A stretch of DNA of 64,000 nucleotides from an uncultured Pseudomonadales bacterium (GTDB taxonomy: Bacteria > Patescibacteriota > Microgenomatia > UBA1400 > PJMF01). The position numbers were made by a program, and so were the translations under genes. The stretch is taken from assembly GCA_964633875.1 (NCBI GenBank), contig CAZWKL010000001.1, forward strand, positions 193,841 to 257,840, in the 5' to 3' direction. Of this stretch, positions 48,011 through 57,843 are shown in pieces (position 1 is the first letter of the stretch; every line of letters begins with the position of its first letter). A model generated the notes under the pieces. It was not told the origin of the DNA, made no database searches, and worked only from the letters and a program-made list of their open reading frames with translations.

Positions 48011-49744
48011 ATGTTAAAAACTCGAGTACGCCGCTTGGTCAAGTGGCTTGACAAAAATATTCTCCTGGTATTAGGTGGTTTTTTGCTGGCTTTTATCCCG
48101 CTTTTTCCCAAGTTACCGCTGTTTGACGCCATTCCCGGCTACATTGTTCGCGTCAGACTTGAGGATCTTTTGGTAGGTGTGACCGCGATTGTTTGGCTGA
48201 TTCAAGTCATTAGAAAAAAAGCCGAGTGGAAAACTCCCCTCACGCCATTTATTTTGGCCTATGCGGTTATTGGACTGCTATCAACCCTGTCTGCCGTATT
48301 TATCACTCAAACAGTACCGCTGGAGCCACTTCATGTTGGCAAAACCGTGCTGCATTACTTCCGTTATCTTGAGTATTTTGCCTTATTTTTCTTTATTTCC
48401 AGCGCGGTCAAAACTCGTAGAGATCTAAAAATCCTGATTTTTATCGTGCTGGGTACTCTTTTGGGCATTGGTATTTATGGCATCGGCCAAAAATACTTTT
48501 ACTGGCCAGTGTACTCCACTATGAACCGAGAGTTTAGTAAAGGAATCAGGCTTTATCTCACCGAACACGCCCGGGTTCAGTCTACTTTTGGCGGTCATTA
48601 TGACTTAGCTGGCTATTTGGTTTTGGTTTTGCCAATGCTTTTAGCTCTTTATTTAAGTGTTGCAAATGGTCTAAAAAAACACGGCCTGGGTATTTTATTT
48701 ATCCTCAGTTTGTGGTTGGTGGTTGTCAGTGGCGCCAGATCTTCGTTCATTGCTTTTGTGGCCGCTTCAGCTTTAGTAGTACTTTTAAAAGCCTTAAAAC
48801 AAGCCGCCTGGAAACAAAAAATTTTATATTTCCTGAGCAGGTATGCGGCAGTAATGTTCGCTACTCTAATCATGTTGTTCACCTTCGGAGACGATATGTA
48901 TGATCGGTTAGTTCAAGGTTTGGAAGGTTATCCCACTGTTTATAATGCTTACAGGACCACCATCAAAGCTAGTAATAAAATCTCTGAAAACTATATCTTG
49001 ATTCCACTGGGAGTGACTAAAGAATTTAGAAATAAACTGAGAAGCGGACAATTTTTTGGCAAACCGGAAAACGCCATTTCCACTGAAGACGCGGAGGTGT
49101 TGGTGGCATCAGATCAACGCCCTGTTTCTGACAAGCCCAGTGATGTTTATGTAGACGTTCCGGATATTAAAAGAGTAGCCACGATTTCAGCCGAGGGCAA
49201 TCTTGAGTATCAAAACATTGAAGTTCCTCGCACTTACTCAGAAAATGCTAAAAAATATGGTTTGTCTGTAGCCATCCGTCTTGATTATCTTTGGCCCAAA
49301 GCTATTGAGGGTTTTATGTCCAATCCACTTCTGGGCAGTGGTTATGCCACTCTCACCAAAGAAACGGTTTATCACTTCACCGAAGCTGAAAGCACGGACA
49401 ATAATTTCCTGAGAACGCTAGGTGAAACCGGCATTTTGGGCTTTGCTACTTTTTACGGCGCCATTGCCTTTGCCATCTATTGGGCCTATCAACTTTATAA
49501 GAAAGGCAGCAAGTCTGTTTTTGTCACTTCACTGGCCATTGGCTATATTGCTGCCAGTGTTGGCTTGCTGATTAACGCCACCTACATAGATGTTTACGCT
49601 GCTTCAAAAGTAGCTTTCACTTTCTGGAGTATGACCGGAATTCTGTTTGCTTTGGTGCAAATTGAGTTCGGCAACCAAGCTATTCCTTTTCTTAAATACA
49701 TGAATCGTTTTGAAAATAGGCTGCGTCAATTTGTCGCTCGATAA
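48011..49744 (+). CDS. O-antigen ligase/Wzy_C-family membrane protein
   Basis: RVQSTFGG, SGARSS, R...WPKAIEGFMSNPLLGSG, TDNNFLRTLGETGILG; about 12 TM with a large external loop. Confidence 0.82.
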   Translation: MLKTRVRRLVKWLDKNILLVLGGFLLAFIPLFPKLPLFDAIPGYIVRVRLEDLLVGVTAIVWLIQVIRKKAEWKTPLTPFILAYAVIGLLSTLSAVFITQTVPLEPLHVGKTVLHYFRYLEYFALFFFISSAVKTRRDLKILIFIVLGTLLGIGIYGIGQKYFYWPVYSTMNREFSKGIRLYLTEHARVQSTFGGHYDLAGYLVLVLPMLLALYLSVANGLKKHGLGILFILSLWLVVVSGARSSFIAFVAASALVVLLKALKQAAWKQKILYFLSRYAAVMFATLIMLFTFGDDMYDRLVQGLEGYPTVYNAYRTTIKASNKISENYILIPLGVTKEFRNKLRSGQFFGKPENAISTEDAEVLVASDQRPVSDKPSDVYVDVPDIKRVATISAEGNLEYQNIEVPRTYSENAKKYGLSVAIRLDYLWPKAIEGFMSNPLLGSGYATLTKETVYHFTEAESTDNNFLRTLGETGILGFATFYGAIAFAIYWAYQLYKKGSKSVFVTSLAIGYIAASVGLLINATYIDVYAASKVAFTFWSMTGILFALVQIEFGNQAIPFLKYMNRFENRLRQFVAR

Positions 49745-49747
49745 ATT

Positions 49748-51214
49748 ATGAAGAATTTTGTTGCTCGCTATCCGCTGCTAATTTTGATTGTGCTACTGGC
49801 TTTTGCGGTGCGGCTCTATCGGCTTAATTATCCCTTGCTTGACTGGCACAGTTGGCGGCAAGCAGACACAGCCTCAGTCACCAGGGAATTCCAAAAAAAC
49901 GGCATCGACCTCTTGGAGCCAAAGTACCACGATGTTTCCAGCATCCCCAGCGGCAGAGACAACCCGGCAGGCTACCGGATGGTTGAGCTTCCTTTAGTGA
50001 ACGCTTTGATTGCCGGCTTACTGAGCATTTTTCCATCTTTGCCTTTGGTACCAACCAGCAGAATGGTTTCAATACTTTTTTCCTTGGGCACTTTGATAGC
50101 CATATTTTTACTGGTTAAAGAGTGGTCCGGCAAGAGAGTGGCTTACTTGTCCGCGCTAACTTTTGCAGTCTTGCCATACTCTATTTATTACTCACGCGCT
50201 ATTTTGCCTGAACCAGCCATGCTTTTCTTTTCTACTTTTGCCATTTACAGCTTTGATAGATGGACTAGAATTCAACACGCCGGTTGGTACTTAAGCTCAG
50301 CTCTAAGTTTGGCCATCGCGCTACTGCTCAAACCTTTTGTGGTGTTTTTAGCGCCAGTATTTGCCGTGATAGTTTGGTTACAATTTGGCAAAAATTTTTG
50401 GAAAAACCTTTGGTTATATCTCTATGGCTTAATGGCTGTAGCGCCTCTTTTGCTTTGGCGCGACTGGATTGCCAACTACCCGGAGGGCATTCCTGCCTCT
50501 GATTGGCTTTACAACGGCAACGGTATTCGTTTCCGCCCGGCTTGGTTCAGGTGGCTGGGTTATGAACGGCTCACCAAACTGATGTTGGGCTTCTCGGGTT
50601 TGGTATTTTTACCTTTCGGCCTCATTGACAAAAACAAAGATACTCTTTTGTATCTAGCGTGGTGGTTGGGAATCGGCAGTTACCTGACAGTTTTCGCCAC
50701 CGGTAACGTTCAACACGATTATTACCAAATCATCATGTTGCCAATTCTCAGCATTACTGTCGGCAAGGGTGTGGTTAAATTTTATCAATTCATCAACTAC
50801 CAGTGGAAAAAAAGATTTTACCAGTTGCCTGTCTACAGCCATGTTACTGCTTTGACCTTGGTCAGTTGCGCCTTCCTCATCATGATTGCTTTTTCCTGGA
50901 CTCAAGTGCGTGGTTATTTTAATGTTAATCATTGGGAGTATGTTCGGGCTGGTCAAATTGTTCGTGATAAAACACCCTCAGATGCTTTAATCATCGCTCC
51001 AGCCATGGGAGATACCGCCTTCCTCTTCCAAACCGACCGGCGCGGTTGGCCTATCGGTAGTGATATCAGCGACAAAATCGACAAAGGCGCCACTCATTAC
51101 CTCACCACTTCGTATGATGATGAAGCTAAAACATTGGAAGAGAAATACTTTATCATCGAAAAAACCGACGAACACTTGCTGCTCGACCTCACTAACAGAA
51201 GGGAGGCAGAATGA
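49748..51214 (+). CDS. GT-C membrane transferase, ArnT/PMT-like
   Basis: HSWRQADT, ELP, YYSRAILPE, LLKP, HDYY. Confidence 0.8.
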   Translation: MKNFVARYPLLILIVLLAFAVRLYRLNYPLLDWHSWRQADTASVTREFQKNGIDLLEPKYHDVSSIPSGRDNPAGYRMVELPLVNALIAGLLSIFPSLPLVPTSRMVSILFSLGTLIAIFLLVKEWSGKRVAYLSALTFAVLPYSIYYSRAILPEPAMLFFSTFAIYSFDRWTRIQHAGWYLSSALSLAIALLLKPFVVFLAPVFAVIVWLQFGKNFWKNLWLYLYGLMAVAPLLLWRDWIANYPEGIPASDWLYNGNGIRFRPAWFRWLGYERLTKLMLGFSGLVFLPFGLIDKNKDTLLYLAWWLGIGSYLTVFATGNVQHDYYQIIMLPILSITVGKGVVKFYQFINYQWKKRFYQLPVYSHVTALTLVSCAFLIMIAFSWTQVRGYFNVNHWEYVRAGQIVRDKTPSDALIIAPAMGDTAFLFQTDRRGWPIGSDISDKIDKGATHYLTTSYDDEAKTLEEKYFIIEKTDEHLLLDLTNRREAE

Positions 51215-52413
51215 TGAAGGTTTTGATGCTAACCCCCTATCTCCCATATCCGCTGCTTTCTGGAGGACAGATCAGAACTTACAACCTGCTCAAAAAGCTT
51301 TCCAGTAAATACGATGTCACTCTTTTTGCTTTAATTAAAGACGAAGAAGAAAAAAAGTTTATTCCTGAACTTAAAAAATACTGTTCCCAAGTCAAGGTTT
51401 TCAAAAGATCCAGTCACCCTTTCACTTTAAGCAACATTCTCAAAACCGGCTTTTCTACTTTCCCGTTTTTAGTGATGCGCAATTTGGTTCCCGAAGTCAT
51501 TTCTGCCGTTAGCAAAGAACTCAAAACTAACAATTACGACCTTATTCATGCCGAAACTTTCTACATGATGCCGCATATTCCCAAAACCCGGACTCCGATT
51601 ATTTTGGTGGAACAAACCATTGAGTACCTGGGTTATGAAAGCTACGCCAAAAAAGCCAACTTTTTTTTGAAGCCCTTATTGATGATCGACATTTTCAAAA
51701 TTAAATACTGGGAAAAACACTATTGGAATCTGGCTGATCGTCTGGTGGTGATGAGCAATGAAGACAAGCGCCTGGTTGCCAAAGACATTAGAAATCCAGA
51801 AAAAGTAGCTGTGGTTGAAAATGGCGTAGACACAGCTTGGTTTAACGAAATCAAACGCCAAGAGCCAAAAACACCCACGCTTCTTTCTGTTGGTACTTTC
51901 AAATGGCTGCCCAATATTGAAGCTGTCAGGTTTCTTGTCAACCAAGTTTGGCCGCTAGTCAAAAAGCGGGTGCCTCAGTTAAAACTTAATATCGTTGGTA
52001 ACGCACCTACCGAAGAAGTGCTGGCTTATAGCAAAATGGCTGGTATTTCGGTTCCCGGCAGAGTAGAAGACATCAGAAAAGCTTTTGCTCAGGCTCATAT
52101 TTTAGTGGCTCCCGTTTTCAGCGGCAAGGGCACCCGCTATAAAATTCTTGAGGCGATGGCTTCGGGAACACCAACCGTAGCTACCAGTACTGCGGTAGAA
52201 GGACTCAGAGTAGAACACAGCAAACATGTTATGATTGGCAATACTGCCGAAGAGCTGACAGACATGATTGTAGAGTTGATTGAGAATGAAGAAAAAAGAA
52301 AAACTTTGGCAAAAAATGGTAAAGCCTTTGTGCGCAGTCAATATGATTGGCAATTGATTTCACAAAAACTTGATAAAATATATCAAAAGATCGGTAATAC
52401 TAGGAAGAAATAA
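51211..52413 (+). CDS. GT4 glycosyltransferase
   Basis: PYP..SGGQIR, NGVD, WLPN, GTRYKILEAMASG. Confidence 0.93.
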   Translation: MMKVLMLTPYLPYPLLSGGQIRTYNLLKKLSSKYDVTLFALIKDEEEKKFIPELKKYCSQVKVFKRSSHPFTLSNILKTGFSTFPFLVMRNLVPEVISAVSKELKTNNYDLIHAETFYMMPHIPKTRTPIILVEQTIEYLGYESYAKKANFFLKPLLMIDIFKIKYWEKHYWNLADRLVVMSNEDKRLVAKDIRNPEKVAVVENGVDTAWFNEIKRQEPKTPTLLSVGTFKWLPNIEAVRFLVNQVWPLVKKRVPQLKLNIVGNAPTEEVLAYSKMAGISVPGRVEDIRKAFAQAHILVAPVFSGKGTRYKILEAMASGTPTVATSTAVEGLRVEHSKHVMIGNTAEELTDMIVELIENEEKRKTLAKNGKAFVRSQYDWQLISQKLDKIYQKIGNTRKK

Positions 52414-52418
52414 GAAAA

Positions 52419-53279
52419 ATGCTAGAAATTATCATCGTCAATTACAACAGTCAATTCTGGTTGAAAAAAACTCTCACTTCGCTCAAAGAAGAGTACTTGG
52501 ATCAAACTAAAACCAAGGTTAAGGTCACCGTTGTTGATAATGGTTCTGAAGATGATTCGCTCAAGATGCTCAGAAGAGAGTATAGGTGGGTAGATATTGT
52601 TGAACTGGGTCAAAATCATGGTTTTGCTTATGCCAATAACCGCGCTCTGGAAAAATCTAAAGCTAAGTATGTGATGTTGTTGAACTCAGACGTCGAATTT
52701 ACTTCCCAATCAAACTTGGATGTTTTGCTGGAGTTTATTGAAACTCATCCTCAAGTGGCCGCCATCAGTCCCAGGGTAGAGTTCACCAACGGCGAGATTG
52801 ATCCTGCCAGCCACCGTGGCGAGCCCTCACTTTGGCCATCTATTACTTACATGTTGGGTCTGGAAAGTCTTTTTCCCAAAAGCAAGTTGTTTGGCCAGTA
52901 TCATCAGTTTTATAAAGACTTGTCTTCAATCCACGTAGTGGACGCCGTTTCGGGAGCGGCCATGATTGTTAGGCAAGCGGCTATTGCTGAAGTTGGTTTG
53001 TTAGATGAACGATTTTTCATGTATGCTGAAGACCTGGATTGGTGCAAACGCTTTCGCGAAGCCGGCTACCAAATTATTTTTCATCCAGAAGTAAAAGTCA
53101 TCCATCACAAAAATAAATCGGGTATAAAAAGTAGTTCGCAAAAAATTGCCAGAAAAACCAGAAGATACTTTTATGACACCATGTTACAATACTACGATAA
53201 ACACTATAAAGATTTGTATCCAGGTTTTTTTAGGTCAGTAATTAAGTACATATTAGTTATTAAAAAAGGAGCACTCTAA
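52419..53279 (+). CDS. GT2 glycosyltransferase (WbbL-like rhamnosyltransferase)
   Basis: IVNYNS, VDNGSED, GFAYANN, LLNSD, FMYAEDLDWC. Confidence 0.92.
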   Translation: MLEIIIVNYNSQFWLKKTLTSLKEEYLDQTKTKVKVTVVDNGSEDDSLKMLRREYRWVDIVELGQNHGFAYANNRALEKSKAKYVMLLNSDVEFTSQSNLDVLLEFIETHPQVAAISPRVEFTNGEIDPASHRGEPSLWPSITYMLGLESLFPKSKLFGQYHQFYKDLSSIHVVDAVSGAAMIVRQAAIAEVGLLDERFFMYAEDLDWCKRFREAGYQIIFHPEVKVIHHKNKSGIKSSSQKIARKTRRYFYDTMLQYYDKHYKDLYPGFFRSVIKYILVIKKGAL

Positions 53280-53785
53280 TGCATTCCCCAATCTATTTTG
53301 AAATAAGAGATCTGCGCGCCCAGAATACTCAAAAAGTTTTGGAGGCTATTTTGGTAGTTTTGGCTGCGCTTTTCGTCATCGCCTTGCTGCCGTCACTTTT
53401 GTATACCTACGTTTACGCTCAGGCTCAACTGTTGGAACAACCGCTGTTACTGGAATTACTGCCGGTGGTTACCTTTGCTCTCGCAGTTTTATATGTAATT
53501 TATGTGGTTGTCGGCAACATTCGCCGCACCAACCAAATCAAAGCTCTCAAGCTTCAAGTGGCTGAGTATGTCAATTTTGGCAAAGATACTGCTGATGAGA
53601 TGATCACTCAAAAAGAACTTGACGAATTGGAGAACATCGTCGAACAAGCCATTAGCGAAGTCGAAGGAGCTGAAGCCAAAACCGGCAGAAGAAAAGCCTC
53701 CAGAAAGTCAGCTGCCAGAAAAACCAGTGCTAGAAGAACCACAAAGCCAGCTGCTAAAAGGAGAGCTACTAAGAAAAGTAAATGA
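53279..53785 (+). CDS. 2-TM membrane protein with acidic helix and Lys/Arg/Ala-rich histone-H1-like tail
   Basis: Two hydrophobic helices; tail KTGRRKASRKSAARKTSARRTTKPAAKRRATKKSK; TAATG and ATGA overlaps with neighbours. Confidence 0.8.
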   Translation: MHSPIYFEIRDLRAQNTQKVLEAILVVLAALFVIALLPSLLYTYVYAQAQLLEQPLLLELLPVVTFALAVLYVIYVVVGNIRRTNQIKALKLQVAEYVNFGKDTADEMITQKELDELENIVEQAISEVEGAEAKTGRRKASRKSAARKTSARRTTKPAAKRRATKKSK

Positions 53786-54873
53786 GAATTGGCATAGATT
53801 GCCGGCTCGCAGGAACCAAGCACGCAGGCATAGGTAGGTATATTGAAAACCTCCTGCGCCACGCCTTAACAAACAACAATCACAACTGGGTGCTGTTTTT
53901 CTACGATGAAGAACAGGCCCAGTTAGTTTTGGGAAAGCTCTTCGGCCTGCCGCACGTTGCAATTATTTATTCACCAGTAAAGCATTATTCCGTTGCTGAG
54001 CAACTGAAGATGCCTGTTTATTTTTACCAAGCCAAACTCGACTTACTCCACGTTCCTCATTTCAATGCTCCTCTTTTGTATTTCAAACCTTTCGTAGTAA
54101 CCATCCATGATTTACTTTGGCATCAACACCGTGGTTCAGCTGTCACCACTCTCAGCGCCCTGCAATACTGGCTTAAATACTTTTCTTATCGACTGACTGT
54201 GCGCAACGCTATTATGCGGGCCAGAAAAGTGATTGTACCGGCAAAAACAATTAAGCAAACGGTTGGCGAACGTTTTCCCATGGCTAAAAATAAAATCAAA
54301 GTAACCTATGAGGGTGTAGAAAAGTCACTGTTGAAAACAACTACCGAAAAACGCAAAAAAAATACTTTGCTTTATGTTGGCTCGCTTTACCCACACAAAA
54401 ACGTCCGCTTGGTGATTGCCGCCCTACACCAACTGCCCCAATACAAACTGGAACTGGTAGGATCCAGAAATATTTTCGTCAAACAAACTCAAGATTTTAT
54501 CAACTCTTTAGGATTGCAAAAACAAGTGCGCTTTCTCGGGTATTTGCCTGATCAGGCGTTGCAGAAAAAATACGCCCAAGTGACGGCCTTAGTGCAACCC
54601 TCCTTGTCGGAAGGCTTCGGTCTCACGGGAGTAGAAGCTATGGCTCAAGGCACACCCATTTTGGCATCTGATATTCCCATTTTTCGTGAAATTTATGGCG
54701 ATGGAGCAATTTTATTCAACCCACACAAAATTGCTGCTTTTGTGGCTGCGATCAAAAAACTAGAAACCACAAAACTAGACTCCCTCAAAGAAAGAGCTAA
54801 AAAAATTGCCAATAGTTACAGTTGGCAGAAAATGGCCAAACAAACTATCTTTATTTATGAAAAAGCTCTCTGA
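53782..54873 (+). CDS. GT4 glycosyltransferase
   Basis: GIGRY, VTIHDL, YPHKN, PSLSEGFGLTGVEAM. Confidence 0.94.
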   Translation: MRIGIDCRLAGTKHAGIGRYIENLLRHALTNNNHNWVLFFYDEEQAQLVLGKLFGLPHVAIIYSPVKHYSVAEQLKMPVYFYQAKLDLLHVPHFNAPLLYFKPFVVTIHDLLWHQHRGSAVTTLSALQYWLKYFSYRLTVRNAIMRARKVIVPAKTIKQTVGERFPMAKNKIKVTYEGVEKSLLKTTTEKRKKNTLLYVGSLYPHKNVRLVIAALHQLPQYKLELVGSRNIFVKQTQDFINSLGLQKQVRFLGYLPDQALQKKYAQVTALVQPSLSEGFGLTGVEAMAQGTPILASDIPIFREIYGDGAILFNPHKIAAFVAAIKKLETTKLDSLKERAKKIANSYSWQKMAKQTIFIYEKAL

Positions 54874-56086
54874 TCTGGCCGTTGCTTTCGTTTATGACAA
54901 AGCTACCACTCCATATGGTGGCGCTGAGCAAGTCATTAAATCTTTGCACAGCATTTTTCCAAATGCGCCACTTTTCACTTCTGTCTTTAATAAAAATGCT
55001 CTCAACTGGACAAAGGGTATGGAAATCCAACCCTCCTTTCTGCAAAAATTACCATATTTCAAAAATCATCCACAATTACTGGCAGCCTTGATGCCGATGG
55101 CCTTTGAATCACTCAATTTAGACAATTACGACCTGATCATTTCTGTTACCAGTGGGGAAGCTAAGGGTGTGATTACCAAGCCGCACCAACTTCATCTTTG
55201 TTACTTACTCACTCCACCGCGCTATATTTATTCTCATCGTCTGGAATACCTCGACGCTCAATTAATCACCCGACTGCCTATACTCCGGCAAATTGCTCAC
55301 GCTCTGTTGGATTACCTGCGCTGGTGGGATCAGGCAGCTATTCATCGTCCGGATTTTATCGTACCAATTTCTGAATTAGTTAAAAGCAGAGCAGCAACCT
55401 ATTATTCCCGACCTAGTGAGGCGGTTTTGTACCCGCCTGTACCGGAAATTTCAGAATCCAAAAAAGAGATCGGTTCCCTGCCTATTTCAGAATTTTATCT
55501 TTGCGCTTCAAGGTTGGTTCGGTACAAAAGAATTGATTTAGCCATCAAAGCAGCTCTCTATCTTCATAAAAAACTGGTGATCGTCGGTACGGGCAACCAA
55601 CAAAAAGCACTGATTAAATTAGCCGGCAAAAGAGCGGCAGTACGCCGCCAAGACGAAACTTTAACAAAATTCTTTCACCGGACAACCGATAAAAACATCT
55701 TGTTCGTAGGAAAAACTACCAACTCGAACTTACTACAATTGATGCAACACACTCGAGCGCTACTAATGCCGGGTATAGAAGATTTTGGTATCACCGCTCT
55801 TCAAGCTAATCTTTATGGCAAACCGGTAATTCTTCACCAAAAAAGTGGCGCTGCTGAGTTGATTGAAAACCAGGTTCACGGCCTGCATCTAGAAGAAGAA
55901 AGTGAGTCAGCTTTGATCGCGGCCATAAAAAAACTTGAGGTAACAAGCCTAGATTCGAACCGTTTAATCAAAAATGCCCAGCGTTTTAAAACCCAATCTT
56001 TTACTACCCAATTCAGCAAAAAAGTGTATGATTTGTTCATAACATACTCGAAAAATCTGAGGAAAGGCGTTCATGAATCACCTTGA
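54857..56086 (+). CDS. GT4 glycosyltransferase (WbaZ-like mannosyltransferase)
   Basis: GGAEQV, FP.APLFTS, CY.LTPPRY, SRLVRYKR, EDFGITALQA; start at MKKLSD. Confidence 0.9.
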   Translation: MKKLSDLAVAFVYDKATTPYGGAEQVIKSLHSIFPNAPLFTSVFNKNALNWTKGMEIQPSFLQKLPYFKNHPQLLAALMPMAFESLNLDNYDLIISVTSGEAKGVITKPHQLHLCYLLTPPRYIYSHRLEYLDAQLITRLPILRQIAHALLDYLRWWDQAAIHRPDFIVPISELVKSRAATYYSRPSEAVLYPPVPEISESKKEIGSLPISEFYLCASRLVRYKRIDLAIKAALYLHKKLVIVGTGNQQKALIKLAGKRAAVRRQDETLTKFFHRTTDKNILFVGKTTNSNLLQLMQHTRALLMPGIEDFGITALQANLYGKPVILHQKSGAAELIENQVHGLHLEEESESALIAAIKKLEVTSLDSNRLIKNAQRFKTQSFTTQFSKKVYDLFITYSKNLRKGVHESP

Positions 56087-57176
56087 TCATACTTACGCAG
56101 TTATTTTGGCCGGCGGCGGCGGCACTAGGCTTTGGCCAAAATCACGAACCAAAACACCCAAACAATTTCTCAAGCTCCTGAGCGAAAACACACTCATCCA
56201 GCAAACAGCCAACCGCATTACCAAACTCATTCCTTGGGAAAGAGTTATTGTAGTAACCAACAAAAAATATCAAAAAGATGTCGAGAAACAATTGCCAAAT
56301 GTCCTTAAAGAAAATATTATTGGTGAGCCGCAAAAACGCGACACTGCCCTAGCCATGTTGGTCGGCTCACTTTTTGCTAAAAATCTTGATCCTAAAGCAG
56401 TGGTCATTAATCTGGCTTCCGATCATGGCGTCACCGATGAAATCGAGTTTGTTAGAGTAATTAACTCAGCCGCTCAAGTAGCAGCGGAGAGCGATTATTT
56501 GGTCACTGTTGGTATCACTCCCACCCACCCATCAACTGGTCTTGGTTACATCAAAATCGGCCAAGACATCAAAAAGTTGGCAAATAGCCTGACTCTTTTT
56601 AAAGTGGAAAGCTTTACCGAAAAACCCAACGAAGCCACCGCTAGAGGATTTATTTCTACCGGCAAGTATTTCTGGAATGCCAACAACTACGTCTGGAATG
56701 TTGATACTTTAGAACGAACATTTCAAAAATACATGCCAGAAATGTGGCAGCAAGCCAAGATTCTTTCCGGCCTTTCGATTCAGAAATTTCACGACCAACT
56801 TGAAGATCTATATGAGCAAGCCGAGTCAATCTCGATTGATTATGCGGTTTCTGAAAAAGCAGACAACTTAGTGCTCATTCCCGGTGATTTTGGCTGGAGT
56901 GATGTCGGTGATTGGAAAGTGGTTTATGATCTGGAAAAAAAGAATATTTCCGGCAACGTCGTTTTGGGGGAAGGCACTAATATTCACACTCTTTCTATTG
57001 AATCCCACAACAACTTAATTCATACTAATGGCCGGTTGGTGGCCATTGTTGGTGTGAATGACCTGGTGATCATTGACACTGATGAAATCTTGATGATCGT
57101 GCCTAAAAACAAAACCCAGGATGTAAAAAAAATAGTCACTCGCCTCAAAGAAGAAAAACAGAAAGAATATCTTTAG
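56073..57176 (+). CDS. manC: Mannose-1-phosphate guanylyltransferase (no PMI domain)
   Basis: ILAGGGGTRLWPKSR..PKQFL, GYIK, FTEKP, SIDYAVSEK, WSDVGDW. Confidence 0.93.
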   Translation: MNHLDHTYAVILAGGGGTRLWPKSRTKTPKQFLKLLSENTLIQQTANRITKLIPWERVIVVTNKKYQKDVEKQLPNVLKENIIGEPQKRDTALAMLVGSLFAKNLDPKAVVINLASDHGVTDEIEFVRVINSAAQVAAESDYLVTVGITPTHPSTGLGYIKIGQDIKKLANSLTLFKVESFTEKPNEATARGFISTGKYFWNANNYVWNVDTLERTFQKYMPEMWQQAKILSGLSIQKFHDQLEDLYEQAESISIDYAVSEKADNLVLIPGDFGWSDVGDWKVVYDLEKKNISGNVVLGEGTNIHTLSIESHNNLIHTNGRLVAIVGVNDLVIIDTDEILMIVPKNKTQDVKKIVTRLKEEKQKEYL

Positions 57177-57185
57177 GCCCCCGGC

Positions 57186-57806
57186 ATGCAATACGAACAG
57201 CAAAAACGAATTTTGGATCTTCTGGTGGCAGTCGTGTTAACGATCCTGTTTTTACCCATTTGGATTATTGTGCCATTTTTGATTTATCTTGAATCCGGCA
57301 CGCCCATAATTTTCAAACATCGGCGCGTGGGCCAGGGCGGTGAAGAGTTTTACCTTTATAAATTTCGCTCAATGATTAAAAATGCTGATGAGATTCTCCA
57401 CAAACATAACAAAAAATTGCTGAAAAAATTTAAAGAAAATGATTGGAAAATTGAAAATGACCCCAGAGTGACTACGCTCGGCAAAGCCTTGAGGTCGTTG
57501 ACAATTGATGAGTTTCCACAAATTTATAATGTCCTCAGGGGCGAGATGAGCATGGTAGGGCCGAGAGCCTATGTTAAAAAAGAACTGGCAGAACAATCAA
57601 AGCGCTATCCCAAAACCAAAAACTTGATTAGAAACATCGTTTCTGTCAAACCGGGGATTACCGGCCCGTGGCAGACAAGCGGCAGAAACGAGATTCCTTT
57701 TGCCACTCGAGCTAAAATGGACGCCGATTACGCCCAAAAACGCTCCATCATCGAAGACATTAAAATCCTTTTGAAAACCCCGCGCGCCATGATTTCCAAA
57801 TGGTAA
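57186..57806 (+). CDS. Priming polyprenyl glycosyl-phosphotransferase (Bac_transf, PglC/WbaP C-terminal type)
   Basis: KRILD, YKFRSM, DPRVT.LG..LR..IDEFPQ..NVLRGEMSMVGPR, KPGITG.WQ. Confidence 0.94.
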   Translation: MQYEQQKRILDLLVAVVLTILFLPIWIIVPFLIYLESGTPIIFKHRRVGQGGEEFYLYKFRSMIKNADEILHKHNKKLLKKFKENDWKIENDPRVTTLGKALRSLTIDEFPQIYNVLRGEMSMVGPRAYVKKELAEQSKRYPKTKNLIRNIVSVKPGITGPWQTSGRNEIPFATRAKMDADYAQKRSIIEDIKILLKTPRAMISKW

Positions 57807-57843
57807 GCTGGCAAGACCTTAAATATTTGCTAGAATGTGGTTT

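Noticed and set aside
53670-53785. Repetitive GCCAGAAAA-like DNA as a possible CRISPR or tandem repeat
   Set aside because: Imperfect, without spacers, and explained by low-complexity K/R/A coding
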